Counted from the stretch's first letter, positions 31,395 to 40,040 are shown. The stretch: 64,000 nt of DNA from Cyanobacteria bacterium auto_48_18 (GCA_036170915.1 JAVHQC010000010.1:160001-224000), one strand, 5' to 3'. A program made the numbers and translations. The notes: a model not told the origin generated them from the letters alone.

Positions 31395-31832
31395 TTATTT
31401 CATGTTCGACATCTTTTCACAACTTTCGACGCACTTGCGACACTCAGCGGCGCAGTCTTTCATTTGTTTGTCATCGCCAAAAGATTCACAGCTTTCGGCG
31501 CAGAGCTTGCATATGTCAGCGCAAAAACCGCACGATTTTGCATGGTTTGCTGAATTGCGAGAAAGAAATTCGGCGCTCATTTTACATGCAGCAATGCAGT
31601 CTCTAAGCGTATCTAGATGCTTATTTTCTGCATGTTTGCCGCCTTTCTTTCGACAATATGCCAAGGTTTTCTCGCACACTTTTTGGCACTTGCGGCACAC
31701 AGCCTCACAGGATTCCATACTGGGCATTGTTGCATTTTGAGTGTTTGTGCCTGTTTGAGCACTTATGCTGGTATTGCTCGAAAATGCAAAACATCCCAAA
31801 ATCAACATGAATAGAACAACGATTTTTTTCAC
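31395..31832 (-). CDS. Cys-rich four-helix-bundle copper-binding protein (Csp/DUF326-like), exported
   Basis: Repeated CxxxCxxC; AAGGA RBS before GTG 31832; signal peptide. Confidence 0.85.
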   Translation of the reverse strand: MKKIVVLFMLILGCFAFSSNTSISAQTGTNTQNATMPSMESCEAVCRKCQKVCEKTLAYCRKKGGKHAENKHLDTLRDCIAACKMSAEFLSRNSANHAKSCGFCADICKLCAESCESFGDDKQMKDCAAECRKCVESCEKMSNMK

Positions 31833-32004
31833 AACTATTTCCTTGATGAAGTAGGCCATAAAGAGAACTTATGCTGCCAAAAGTTCCCTTGAATTTAAAA
31901 ATAAAGATGCCTAGGTGGCGCTCGACGCGACTAGTATTGATAAGTTCCCGATTACAAAGTCTTCAGAACATGGTAAAGAAGCCAGGTGGCTCAAGCACAG
32001 TAAC

Positions 32005-32445
32005 TCACGCTTTCCTTTTTTGATTGCGAACATGCTTGGTCAAAATCTGACGCAGATAAGGTTGATAATCAAGACCCTCACCAGCAGCAAGCTCTTTCAA
32101 ATCTCTAATCAGCGTTTTTTGCAAACGCACAGAGATTACATCGCCGTCGGTCATATCAATCGACAGCTCTCTGTTCAAAGCTTGTGCAATCTTGTTCAAC
32201 ATGGTGAGCGAATGCCCCTCATAATCGGCATCCTCAAGTCGGCTTATTACTGACTGGGTAGTGCCGATCAATCCAGCAAGCTGCTTCTGAGTTAGGCCTG
32301 CATCTTCACGGTAATCAAAAATGAGACGCGCGATTTTAGCATTGACACGCTCTTTATCAAACGTATCCTCACGCTCGGACGAGCCCGCAATGAACTTTTT
32401 GTGCAGGATCTTCACGGCATTTGATTGCTTACTGATATTTCTCAT
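32005..32445 (-). CDS. Xre-HTH antitoxin fused to a CopG/RHH-type antitoxin tail
   Basis: GLTQKQLAGLIGTTQSVISRLEDADYEGHSL, then ISVRLQKTLIRDLKELAAGEGLDYQPYLRQIL. Confidence 0.75.
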   Translation of the reverse strand: MRNISKQSNAVKILHKKFIAGSSEREDTFDKERVNAKIARLIFDYREDAGLTQKQLAGLIGTTQSVISRLEDADYEGHSLTMLNKIAQALNRELSIDMTDGDVISVRLQKTLIRDLKELAAGEGLDYQPYLRQILTKHVRNQKRKA

Positions 32446-32520
32446 TTTGCATCCACTGAAGAATTGGGCGTCATTGCTGACAGACAAAACTTTCTCTGCT
32501 CTTGGTACAAAACCATCATT

Positions 32521-32553
32521 TCAGCATATCGCAAAATTGCTATCTTTACAACC
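32521..32553. promoter_or_regulatory. Duplicated TA promoter/operator block
   Basis: TCAGCATATCGCAAAATTGCTATCTT(T/C)ACAACC, also at 34911; contains a GCAA-AA-TTGC dyad. Confidence 0.65.
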
Positions 32554-32685
32554 GTTGTTGCCCAGCGCACCAGGAGTCTGCGCTATGACCAAAATTGCAT
32601 CCTCAGTACAGACAAGAACGCATTGCGAAAAGGCTATTACGATAGCTGCGAAAAGGCTATTGGGATTTCAGCAGGGCGACCAGCC

Positions 32686-32779
32686 TTATTAAAGCTACCT
32701 TTAATAACGAAACCTGTTATTAAAGCGAAACCGGTTATCCTTTAATAAGGGTTAGCTCTATTAAAGGAACCTTTAATAG
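32686..32779. repeat. Symmetric element with six TATTAAAG half-sites
   Basis: TATTAAAG at 32687, 32718, 32759; CTTTAATA at 32699, 32740, 32771; centred on ACCGGT 32730-32735. Confidence 0.9.
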
Positions 32780-32785
32780 CCGTGG

Positions 32786-33430
32786 GTGACAACAAATATC
32801 AAAATGAATAGGACTTTAGCGATTGTTGCCTTTGCAGTGATAGGACTGACAAGCTGCTCTGGTATCCGGCTATTTCGCGCAGAACCACCCAAGGTAGTGC
32901 GAGAAGGTAAGACACCAGTGCAGTACTATCAAATGGGCGTGCACTATAAATCTGTGGGCTGGCCTGAGCAAGCGCGCGAGTGTATGGAACGCACAATCAA
33001 AGGTGACGAACACGGGGAGGTAGGTAAGAGAGCAAAAGTCTATCTTGCAGCCTATCTACCGCGTGACCATGTTTCGCCAGAAGCTGTTCATCGAAATATT
33101 ATCGCTTTCAATTTGAGGTCGCGAGGTAAAGACGAAGAAGCGATTGCAGCATTTCAGGCGTGCACCATCGACTACCCTGCATTCGAATGGCCTTATGGAA
33201 ATTTAGCCGGGATCTACACTAAAGCAGGCCGCTACAAAGAAGCCCAAGCAACCCTAAATCAGATACTAAATCTAAACCCAAATTATCTAAACGGCTGGGT
33301 TCAACTCTCGAGAGTTCTAGCAGCTGCCGGAGATAAAACCGGTGCAATGCGCTGTGCAAAACGTGCACTGCAAATTGATCAATACTCTAGCGAGGCGAAA
33401 GAACAGTTGAACTCGCTAGAGCAGGAATAG
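32786..33430 (+). CDS. TPR lipoprotein, paralog 2
   Basis: Lipobox LTSC (likely start ATG 32804); GWPEQAREC and FEWPYGNLA shared with paralog 1. Confidence 0.8.
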   Translation: MTTNIKMNRTLAIVAFAVIGLTSCSGIRLFRAEPPKVVREGKTPVQYYQMGVHYKSVGWPEQARECMERTIKGDEHGEVGKRAKVYLAAYLPRDHVSPEAVHRNIIAFNLRSRGKDEEAIAAFQACTIDYPAFEWPYGNLAGIYTKAGRYKEAQATLNQILNLNPNYLNGWVQLSRVLAAAGDKTGAMRCAKRALQIDQYSSEAKEQLNSLEQE

Positions 33431-33484
33431 GGTGCGTTTGCGAACATACTCGCACCGTCCTTGATACCAGCAAAAAACGCCCGA

Positions 33485-33988
33485 TTATTTTAGCGCAGCG
33501 TTCTTCAATGCCTCGCGAACCTTTGCAGTCCAAACTTCCATAGAAGATTTCACTTCTGGATCTGATTGTAAGAGGTAAAGAATGAACTGAGCCTGAATGG
33601 CTTGATCCCGACTTTCATCACTAAGAGACTGTTCTTGAACGAGCATGCGTTTCACCGGGTCTACATGATCGTATCTAGCATATTTCGTCCCAAGATCCTT
33701 ACAATCAGACCAGGCCAATTGGGAGTTATTAAGATGACTGTTGTTTTTTTGCGCACGAACAAATTCTGCAAGAACCTCATTGATCTTTGTTTGATAGCCA
33801 GGTCCCATAGACTTAAAGAAACGTACAACCTCAGGATCAAGTCTTATCGAAACAGTTTGCTTCCCAGTCCTAGAAGAACCTACAGACACATTTTCAATCG
33901 TGCCAGCATCAAAGCCAATGTCGTCATCATCTGAAATCTCAGCACCGCTGTCCTGTTGCAATTTTAGTTTCTTCCAATTTGTAGCCAT
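33485..33988 (-). CDS. BrnA-family antitoxin with C-terminal extension
   Basis: KQTVSIRLDPEVVRFFKSMGPGYQTKINEVL. Confidence 0.85.
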   Translation of the reverse strand: MATNWKKLKLQQDSGAEISDDDDIGFDAGTIENVSVGSSRTGKQTVSIRLDPEVVRFFKSMGPGYQTKINEVLAEFVRAQKNNSHLNNSQLAWSDCKDLGTKYARYDHVDPVKRMLVQEQSLSDESRDQAIQAQFILYLLQSDPEVKSSMEVWTAKVREALKNAALK

Positions 33989-34001
33989 ATCACTCGAGTC
34001 C

Positions 34002-34229
34002 TTAACTATTCTTTTTTGCGTGCCACAGTTTACGATCTGCCAGACTTGAAACGAAGGCCGAGATTATTCTTGTAACATCACCGCCGCGTCTTACCGTAAA
34101 AATGACTGAGACATTGACACCCTCAATGCAAACAAGACGCTTTGTACGAATCTCATCGTCCACGACTTGATCAATATCTATGAAATCAAACTCGTCAAAC
34201 CAATCTATAACATCGTTAAAATCGATGTC
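34002..34229 (-). pseudogene. 5'-truncated BrnT toxin
   Basis: Manual translation DIDFNDVIDWFD...DEIRTKRLV...VSVIFTVRRGGDVTRIISAF...DRKLWHAKKNS*; no start codon, in-frame stop upstream; directly before brnA. Confidence 0.75.
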
Positions 34230-34902
34230 GGAAATGAACGGTTATCTCTAATGAACCACCTAACTTCTCGATGTAATCTCTCAAAGTGCTGATGTACATA
34301 TCAGTACGCTGCTCTATTTTTGAAATTTCGCGCTGCTGAACCTGCAACTTCTCCGCTAAAGCTCGTTGTGAACATTTCAAAGCTTTGCGCAATTCTTGCA
34401 AACCCATTTCTTCGGCCAGCATTTCAGCTGCGCGAGCATCAATCTTGCTACGCCTTTCGGGAGACAACTTTTGAAGATAATCATTGAGATTCTTTTTCAT
34501 GCAGAGCATATCAATCGATAGCTTTCTATTTAAAGCTTGTGCGATTTTGTTCAACATGGTGAGTGAATGCCCTTCGTAGTCGGCGTCTTCAAGGCGGCTT
34601 ATCACTGACTGGGTAGTGCCAATCATTTCGGCAAGCTGCTTCTGAGTTAGGCCCGCATCTTCACGGTAATCAAAAATGAGACGCGCAATTTTGACGTTAA
34701 CACGCTCTTTATCAAGCGCAGCCTCACGTTCAGACGAGCCCGCAATGAACTTTTTATGCAGGACCTTCACGGCATTTGATTGTTTGTTGTTATTACTCAT
34801 TTTGCTCAATATATGTATGCTTGGTTGGAGATTTTTCAAATAGAGGAACGGGCTCGATCCATCGCTATTAGCAAATAAGACGACCTCCGTTCTGGGCATC
34901 AT
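34216..34902 (-). CDS. Chimeric ORF: toxin N-terminal relic + Xre-HTH antitoxin + second Xre-HTH antitoxin
   Basis: AAGGAGG RBS; MPRTEVVLFANSDGSSPF; HTH1 from ATG 34800; HTH2 from ATG 34500 (CSQRALAEKLQVQQREISKIEQRTDMYISTLRDYIEKLGGSLEI). Confidence 0.75.
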   Translation of the reverse strand: MMPRTEVVLFANSDGSSPFLYLKNLQPSIHILSKMSNNNKQSNAVKVLHKKFIAGSSEREAALDKERVNVKIARLIFDYREDAGLTQKQLAEMIGTTQSVISRLEDADYEGHSLTMLNKIAQALNRKLSIDMLCMKKNLNDYLQKLSPERRSKIDARAAEMLAEEMGLQELRKALKCSQRALAEKLQVQQREISKIEQRTDMYISTLRDYIEKLGGSLEITVHFRHRF

Positions 34903-35009
34903 CCCTCCTTTCAGCATATCGCAAAATTGCTATCTTCACAACCACCGAAGGCCACTCAATTAGAAACACCCACAGGCCACAGTAACACCACCATGCATTG
35001 CTTTCTTAT

Positions 35010-35038
35010 AGACGTCGAAATATCGATTAAAGTTCAAA
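35010..35038 (-). promoter_or_regulatory. ECF-sigma-like promoter motif, copy B
   Basis: AGACG-N11-ATTAAAGTTCAAA on the + strand. Confidence 0.6.
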
Positions 35039-35147
35039 GCGACAGTTTAAACGGGCAACTTTTGCACAAAATTTGGGCTCGACCGCAAATATGGTTGATG
35101 CTGTCATACTTAACATGATTTCAATACCGGACGCTTAAACATCACTT

Positions 35148-35489
35148 ATGCCAACCAATAACAAACAAGCCCCACAACCATGGCTCAAGAAGGCGACAGA
35201 CCAACTGAAAAAACTCTGCAGAGATGCTGCTGCGGTGGTCGACGAAGGCGATGTACTCCCCAGCAAACAGGCCGTAAACACTGCGATCGAAATTTTGCAG
35301 ACATTCCAAAGGGTCAGCAGGCCGAAAATAAGATTGACTGTGGACGGCGAAATCGCATTATCGTGGAATCACACTCGCGATGAATTTCAAGCGTTCATTC
35401 AACCAAACGGGTCCGTCCATTTTTTTCATAACCGAAAGCACATCGACAAAGCTGACTTTAGCAAACTACTGATGGGGCATTCAGCTTAG
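35148..35489 (+). CDS. Hypothetical protein
   Basis: 113-aa ATG ORF; PKIRLTVDGEIALSW segment. Confidence 0.55.
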   Translation: MPTNNKQAPQPWLKKATDQLKKLCRDAAAVVDEGDVLPSKQAVNTAIEILQTFQRVSRPKIRLTVDGEIALSWNHTRDEFQAFIQPNGSVHFFHNRKHIDKADFSKLLMGHSA

Positions 35490-35534
35490 CAATTTCTTTG
35501 AACGCAAGTCGTGCCGCTCTTCGCCATCTAGGTG

Positions 35535-35879
35535 CTAGCTTTTTGTTGCCTTAGGTACAGACGAAACTTTCTTCTGTACTAAAATCTTTTCCAAGCGATC
35601 GAATCGCGAATTAATTACTGCCACTATATCTTCACCTAATTTTGTCATTTCATTACCGGAATGACTATCCTCTTCGGCGAGGCGCTCCAGCACCCACTCC
35701 CGTGCCATGGTACCGACCGGTTTCTTCACGAGACTGGCACGATCATAAAGCTTTTGAACGCTCTCTTCGTCAATTCGAAATTGCACAATTCCCGTCTTCG
35801 CAACTTCTGCTCGCGCCTGTAAAAGTGTTTGTCGCTTTCGCTTTGAAAGTTCCCCTGGTGTCATTTTCGACATCGTCAT
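35535..35879 (-). CDS. Orphan ribbon-helix-helix (CopG-like) protein, probable antitoxin
   Basis: IVQFRIDEESVQKLYDRASLVKKPVGTMAREWVLERL. Confidence 0.6.
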   Translation of the reverse strand: MTMSKMTPGELSKRKRQTLLQARAEVAKTGIVQFRIDEESVQKLYDRASLVKKPVGTMAREWVLERLAEEDSHSGNEMTKLGEDIVAVINSRFDRLEKILVQKKVSSVPKATKS

Positions 35880-35913
35880 CAACTTATCCAATCCATCTCT
35901 TCTAGGAACCCCT

Positions 35914-35944
35914 ACAATGTATTACAAATGTCACACATTGTCAA
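35914..35944 (-). promoter_or_regulatory. Sigma70 promoter with overlapping inverted repeat
   Basis: TTGACA-N17-TACATT on the minus strand; ACAATGT...ACATTGT dyad. Confidence 0.65.
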
Positions 35945-36011
35945 GATCGGCTACCGACCGCGTTCGGAGAATGCAAGTCAGCTTTGCCGCCAGATGACAG
36001 TCACTTCTCTT

Positions 36012-36040
36012 AGACGGCAAATCCACAATTAAAGTTCAAA
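36012..36040 (-). promoter_or_regulatory. ECF-sigma-like promoter motif, copy C
   Basis: AGACG-N11-ATTAAAGTTCAAA on the + strand. Confidence 0.6.
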
Positions 36041-36166
36041 AACAACTCGGCAATGCTCGTCTTACCGACGCCAAACACCGAGCAAATAAGCTTGAATATT
36101 TGATCATGGCGCTGTACTGGCCGCCCCAGTACCGCCACTGCCCATTCGCTTGTTAGTCACATCCTC

Positions 36167-36204
36167 GCCACAATTGAGAAACACAATACTTGAACAAGTC
36201 GATA
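36167..36204 (+). repeat. Conserved leader element, copy 1 of 3
   Basis: GCCACAAT(T/C)GAGAAACA..(A/G)TACTTGA(A/G)CAAGTCGATA; other copies at about 39143 and 45880. Confidence 0.8.
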
Positions 36205-36221
36205 AGTGAGGGCTGCACTAA

Positions 36222-37064
36222 ATGCCGATATCCAGAGGCGAAAAATCAATTGATGTAGATTATGCAGAATCAGATTCGAAGGAGCAACTCTCCAATAAAT
36301 TTGCGGGCCTTGATTTTGCTCAGGTTCCATTGAGTAACTCGAGCAGAGAATCTCAAGATAAGGCCTTACAAGAGAAGCAGATCTTGCCCAATGTCAACAT
36401 TGCCCAGTCTGGCAATTGGTTTATAAAAAATGTTGATAAATTTGACGACAAATTCGAAACAGGAGATTTATATCTTGAAGATATCCGGCTTGCATTAGAG
36501 TCGAAAACCAAAGCCTTGACCCTCGACGAGCGCGCACATTTAGAATTTTACAAAAAACACTTCGAATACTTTACGAGCTTGAATGCAGAATATGTTCCGG
36601 CAATAGTTCAGTCGATAACTAAAGGCGACATGCGCGCGTTCAACAAGCAGTTAACTGAATATGGGGATGAATTGTCTACGTTGAAACAGTACGAGCCCGG
36701 AAGATATGAAGCGGTTTCATCTTTAAGACAGAACTTCAAATGGCTTGACCAAAACAAAGATGGCAGTGTCTCTTACGAAGAGGTAAATGCCGGCATAAAT
36801 TTACCGAATTTGCCCGAGGTTTACAAACGCGGGTTAAAAACAGTTGCTAGCTATTATCCAATTATTACAGAGACGCCATCGAGTGTGGGCTACGATCGAC
36901 CAATTGGTCCCGAGACAATTACCAGCTTTATTCTCAAATCAAACCTCCCATACCAGAAAGTTCACTCCAGTAGGTATGGCTATAGACAGCCGGAGCTAGA
37001 CCCATATAAACGCGAAAGATTAACTAAACTAGAGACGTTATTTCAAGCACCTAATTCGCCTTAA
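36222..37064 (+). CDS. EF-hand-containing hypothetical protein, paralog 1
   Basis: DQNKDGSVSYEE loop; near-identical to 39198..40040. Confidence 0.75.
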   Translation: MPISRGEKSIDVDYAESDSKEQLSNKFAGLDFAQVPLSNSSRESQDKALQEKQILPNVNIAQSGNWFIKNVDKFDDKFETGDLYLEDIRLALESKTKALTLDERAHLEFYKKHFEYFTSLNAEYVPAIVQSITKGDMRAFNKQLTEYGDELSTLKQYEPGRYEAVSSLRQNFKWLDQNKDGSVSYEEVNAGINLPNLPEVYKRGLKTVASYYPIITETPSSVGYDRPIGPETITSFILKSNLPYQKVHSSRYGYRQPELDPYKRERLTKLETLFQAPNSP

Positions 37065-37121
37065 TTGGTTCTTCTGTTTTTGTCTTCAACTCTAGCTTCT
37101 GCCCAGCCTGTATCTTCTCTT

Positions 37122-37931
37122 TTACGCACCACCATCTAAATGATATTTGAGTACGTTGCCGGCAAAAACTTTTGTTTTAAAGTCGGGGTCGTTATCTTTC
37201 ATATTCGTCAGCGCATCGACCAATTGTTTATCCAGTCCCACTAAGCCCAATCTAGGCCGTTCACGAAGCGTTGTTAGTGCCAGGTATCTCACTTCTGACC
37301 TGGAGTCGACAAAGCAAAGTTTAACTAATCGCAGCCGCAGATCAGTAAAGTTTTCCAAACAGCGAAAGATCAAACCTAAGTCAAGCAACGGAGACTTGGA
37401 CAATAGCATTTCTTCAGCGTATTGAAATAATTTTTCCGCCTGCTGCAGATCGTTAATAGTTCTCTCGAATAACCAACCGCCGTTACGCCCTTTCTCAATC
37501 ATCCTGAAAGTTTGCTCCCATGTATCGATATCTAAATACACGGCAGCATCGCGGGCCCTCCAGAAGGTTGAATCATCTTCCTCTTTCAACACCGCTTTTA
37601 TGCGACTTGGCCAGTCTGGACGCGCTAAAATACCATCACACAATTCCGTTAGATTACTTGCCAGCTGCAACAACCGATCATCTTTTGACGTAGGTTGGCC
37701 AAGCTTAAAACTGGCAACATAATCTCTGATAGATTTGACCATCAGAAATTGTTCAATACTTATCTGCTTCGAATGAAAATGTGTCAGCAAAGTTGAAAGT
37801 GCTTCACATACTTCACTGTCCAGAGGAAAGTTGAGGTAAGCCGGAGGATCATCTGTAGGGGGCCATTTCATAAGACTGAAACGTTCAATCAGTCTTTCAA
37901 TTTCTCTGTCATCCTTTTCCACAATTAACAC
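37122..37931 (-). CDS. Hypothetical helical (HEAT-like) protein
   Basis: Leu-rich helical C-terminus; follows the kinase gene. Confidence 0.5.
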   Translation of the reverse strand: MLIVEKDDREIERLIERFSLMKWPPTDDPPAYLNFPLDSEVCEALSTLLTHFHSKQISIEQFLMVKSIRDYVASFKLGQPTSKDDRLLQLASNLTELCDGILARPDWPSRIKAVLKEEDDSTFWRARDAAVYLDIDTWEQTFRMIEKGRNGGWLFERTINDLQQAEKLFQYAEEMLLSKSPLLDLGLIFRCLENFTDLRLRLVKLCFVDSRSEVRYLALTTLRERPRLGLVGLDKQLVDALTNMKDNDPDFKTKVFAGNVLKYHLDGGA

Positions 37932-37942
37932 TCCGCGCGGTA

Positions 37943-38944
37943 CTATTCAAACTGCTTCCAAGCCTGGCCCAACTCGGCAACACTTTGGTAGCGCTTGTCT
38001 GGATCCCGCTCTAAGCAACGTTGAACCACCGCCTCCAGTTCATCAGAGAACTTAAGATCTTGAGCAACAGAACCCATTAATGGCGGCTTGTCGCGCACCT
38101 TTTTCAGCATGGTCTCCATGGCGTCTCTGCCTCTTAGTGGAGCGGCGCCCGTGAGAATTTCAAACACCATGCAGCCAAGGGAATAGACTTCGGAGCGGCA
38201 ATCGGCTTCTTGCCCATTGCACTGTTCAGGGCTCAAATAAAGAGGGCTGCCGAAAATTTCACCAGGCTGGGTCAAGGTCTGTAGCAATGCTGCTACTTCT
38301 TCGGTGGGCCTATCAGCAGCCCAGTCCATCGACTGCAATACGGCCACACTGGTTGGACAGATTTCACCGGTCGACGCACAGGCTTTGGCTATGCCGAAGT
38401 CGACAATCTTAACTTGTGGTGGGGTGGTGCCGGCAATCAACATGATATTGCTTGGCTTGATATCGCGGTGCACGACATTTGACTCGTGGGCGTAACTAAG
38501 CCCGGCGCATACCTGAGAAAATATCGGAGCGAATATTTCGATAGGCAGCCGTCCACTGGCTTCTATCATGTCGTCTAGGTTTTCGCCTTGGAGATATTCC
38601 ATAACCATGTATGGCTCAGACGCTTCGGTCAATCCAAAATCAAAGACTTTAACGATGTTAGGATGTTGTAGACTGCTGGCCAATTGGGCCTCGCGTTCAA
38701 AGCGCAGCACATTAGCAGCATCGGCTTTGAGGTGCCGGTGCATAACCTTAACTGCATAGGTTGCCTTAGTCTCGCGCTCAATCGCTCGAAATACTGTTCC
38801 CATACCGCCAACACCAAGCTCATTGAGCAGTTTGTATCGCTCAGAAACATTCTTCAGATTAGCTCCATTAGAACTGTCTACCGTGAGCTCAGAGCTCACT
38901 GCTGGACTGAGAAGTTTCTTGGTTCTCTCTGTGTTTTCAATCAT
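37943..38944 (-). CDS. Hanks-type Ser/Thr protein kinase
   Basis: LGVGGMGTV, AVK, HRDIKPSN, DFG, GSPLYLSPE. Confidence 0.95.
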   Translation of the reverse strand: MIENTERTKKLLSPAVSSELTVDSSNGANLKNVSERYKLLNELGVGGMGTVFRAIERETKATYAVKVMHRHLKADAANVLRFEREAQLASSLQHPNIVKVFDFGLTEASEPYMVMEYLQGENLDDMIEASGRLPIEIFAPIFSQVCAGLSYAHESNVVHRDIKPSNIMLIAGTTPPQVKIVDFGIAKACASTGEICPTSVAVLQSMDWAADRPTEEVAALLQTLTQPGEIFGSPLYLSPEQCNGQEADCRSEVYSLGCMVFEILTGAAPLRGRDAMETMLKKVRDKPPLMGSVAQDLKFSDELEAVVQRCLERDPDKRYQSVAELGQAWKQFE

Positions 38945-39197
38945 GGTTTATTGGCTCTTTTGAGAACTAGTTAGACAGTTCATTATTCCCGGGAATCAAT
39001 GATCTGACAAATTGAAATTACTTGGTGGCGCGCCTAGTTTGTTCATCTGCCAGATCTAGCATCGAAGCGATCGATCATAGAGTTTCGGCCTGCAATTTAA
39101 CTTGACGTTGATCAACGGTTCGCTTTCAATGGACACACCCCTGCCACAATCGAGAAACAGAGTACTTGAGCAAGTCGATAAGTGAGGGATGAACTAA

Positions 39198-40040
39198 ATG
39201 CCGATATCCAGAGGCGGAAGCTCAATTGATTTAGATTATGCAGAGTCAGATTCGGCGGAGCAACTCTACAACGAATTTGCGGGCCCTGATTTTGCTCAGG
39301 TTCCATTGAGTAGCTCGAGCAGAGAATCTGAAGATAAGGCCTTACAGCAGAAGCACATCTTGCCCAATGTTGACATTGCCCAGTCTGGCAATTGGTTTAT
39401 AAAAAATGTAGATAAATTTGACATCGCCGAAGGCGCATTCAAAACAGGAGATTTATCTCTTAAAGAAATCGAGCTTGCATTAGGATCGAAAACCGAAGCA
39501 GTGACCCTCGACGAGCGCGCACATTTGAGATTTTACAAAAAAAACTTCGAATACTTTACGAGCTTGAATGCAGAATATGTTCCGGCAAGTGTTCAGTCGA
39601 TAACTAAAGGCGACATGCACGCGTTCAACAAGCAGTTAACTGAATATGCGGATGAATTGTCTACGTTGAAACGGTACGAGCCCGGAAGGTATGAGGCGGT
39701 TTCATCTTTAAGAAAGAACTTCAGATGGCTTGACCACAACAAGGATGGCAGTGTCTCTTACGAAGAGGTAAATGCCGGCATAAATTTACCTAATTTGCCC
39801 GAGGTTGACAAACGCGGGTTGAAAGCAGTTGCTAGCTATTTTCCAATTATTACAGAGTCGCCATCTGGTGCGGGCTACGATCGACCAATTGGTGCCGAAA
39901 CAATTACCAGTTTTATTTTCAAATCAAACCTCCCATACCAGGAAGTTTACTCCGGTCGGTATAGCCCTCGTCAGCCGAAAATAGACACATATAAACGCGA
40001 AAGATTAACTAAACTAGAGGCGCTTTTGCAAGCACCTTAA
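39198..40040 (+). CDS. EF-hand-containing hypothetical protein, paralog 2
   Basis: DHNKDGSVSYEE; duplicate of 36222..37064 including the leader. Confidence 0.75.
   Translation: MPISRGGSSIDLDYAESDSAEQLYNEFAGPDFAQVPLSSSSRESEDKALQQKHILPNVDIAQSGNWFIKNVDKFDIAEGAFKTGDLSLKEIELALGSKTEAVTLDERAHLRFYKKNFEYFTSLNAEYVPASVQSITKGDMHAFNKQLTEYADELSTLKRYEPGRYEAVSSLRKNFRWLDHNKDGSVSYEEVNAGINLPNLPEVDKRGLKAVASYFPIITESPSGAGYDRPIGAETITSFIFKSNLPYQEVYSGRYSPRQPKIDTYKRERLTKLEALLQAP

Noticed and set aside
32686..32779. CRISPR array or integron attC site
   Set aside because: Units are 8-9 bp in alternating orientation with no spacer-sized unique sequence; no cas or intI gene; no attC core sites recognised
34221..34520. 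ATCGAT as a specific recombination site at the TA junctions
   Set aside because: A 6-mer that is common in the window and not exactly at all breakpoints
36222..40040. Diversity-generating retroelement TR/VR pair
   Set aside because: Differences involve all four bases, both copies are full ORFs, and no reverse transcriptase is present
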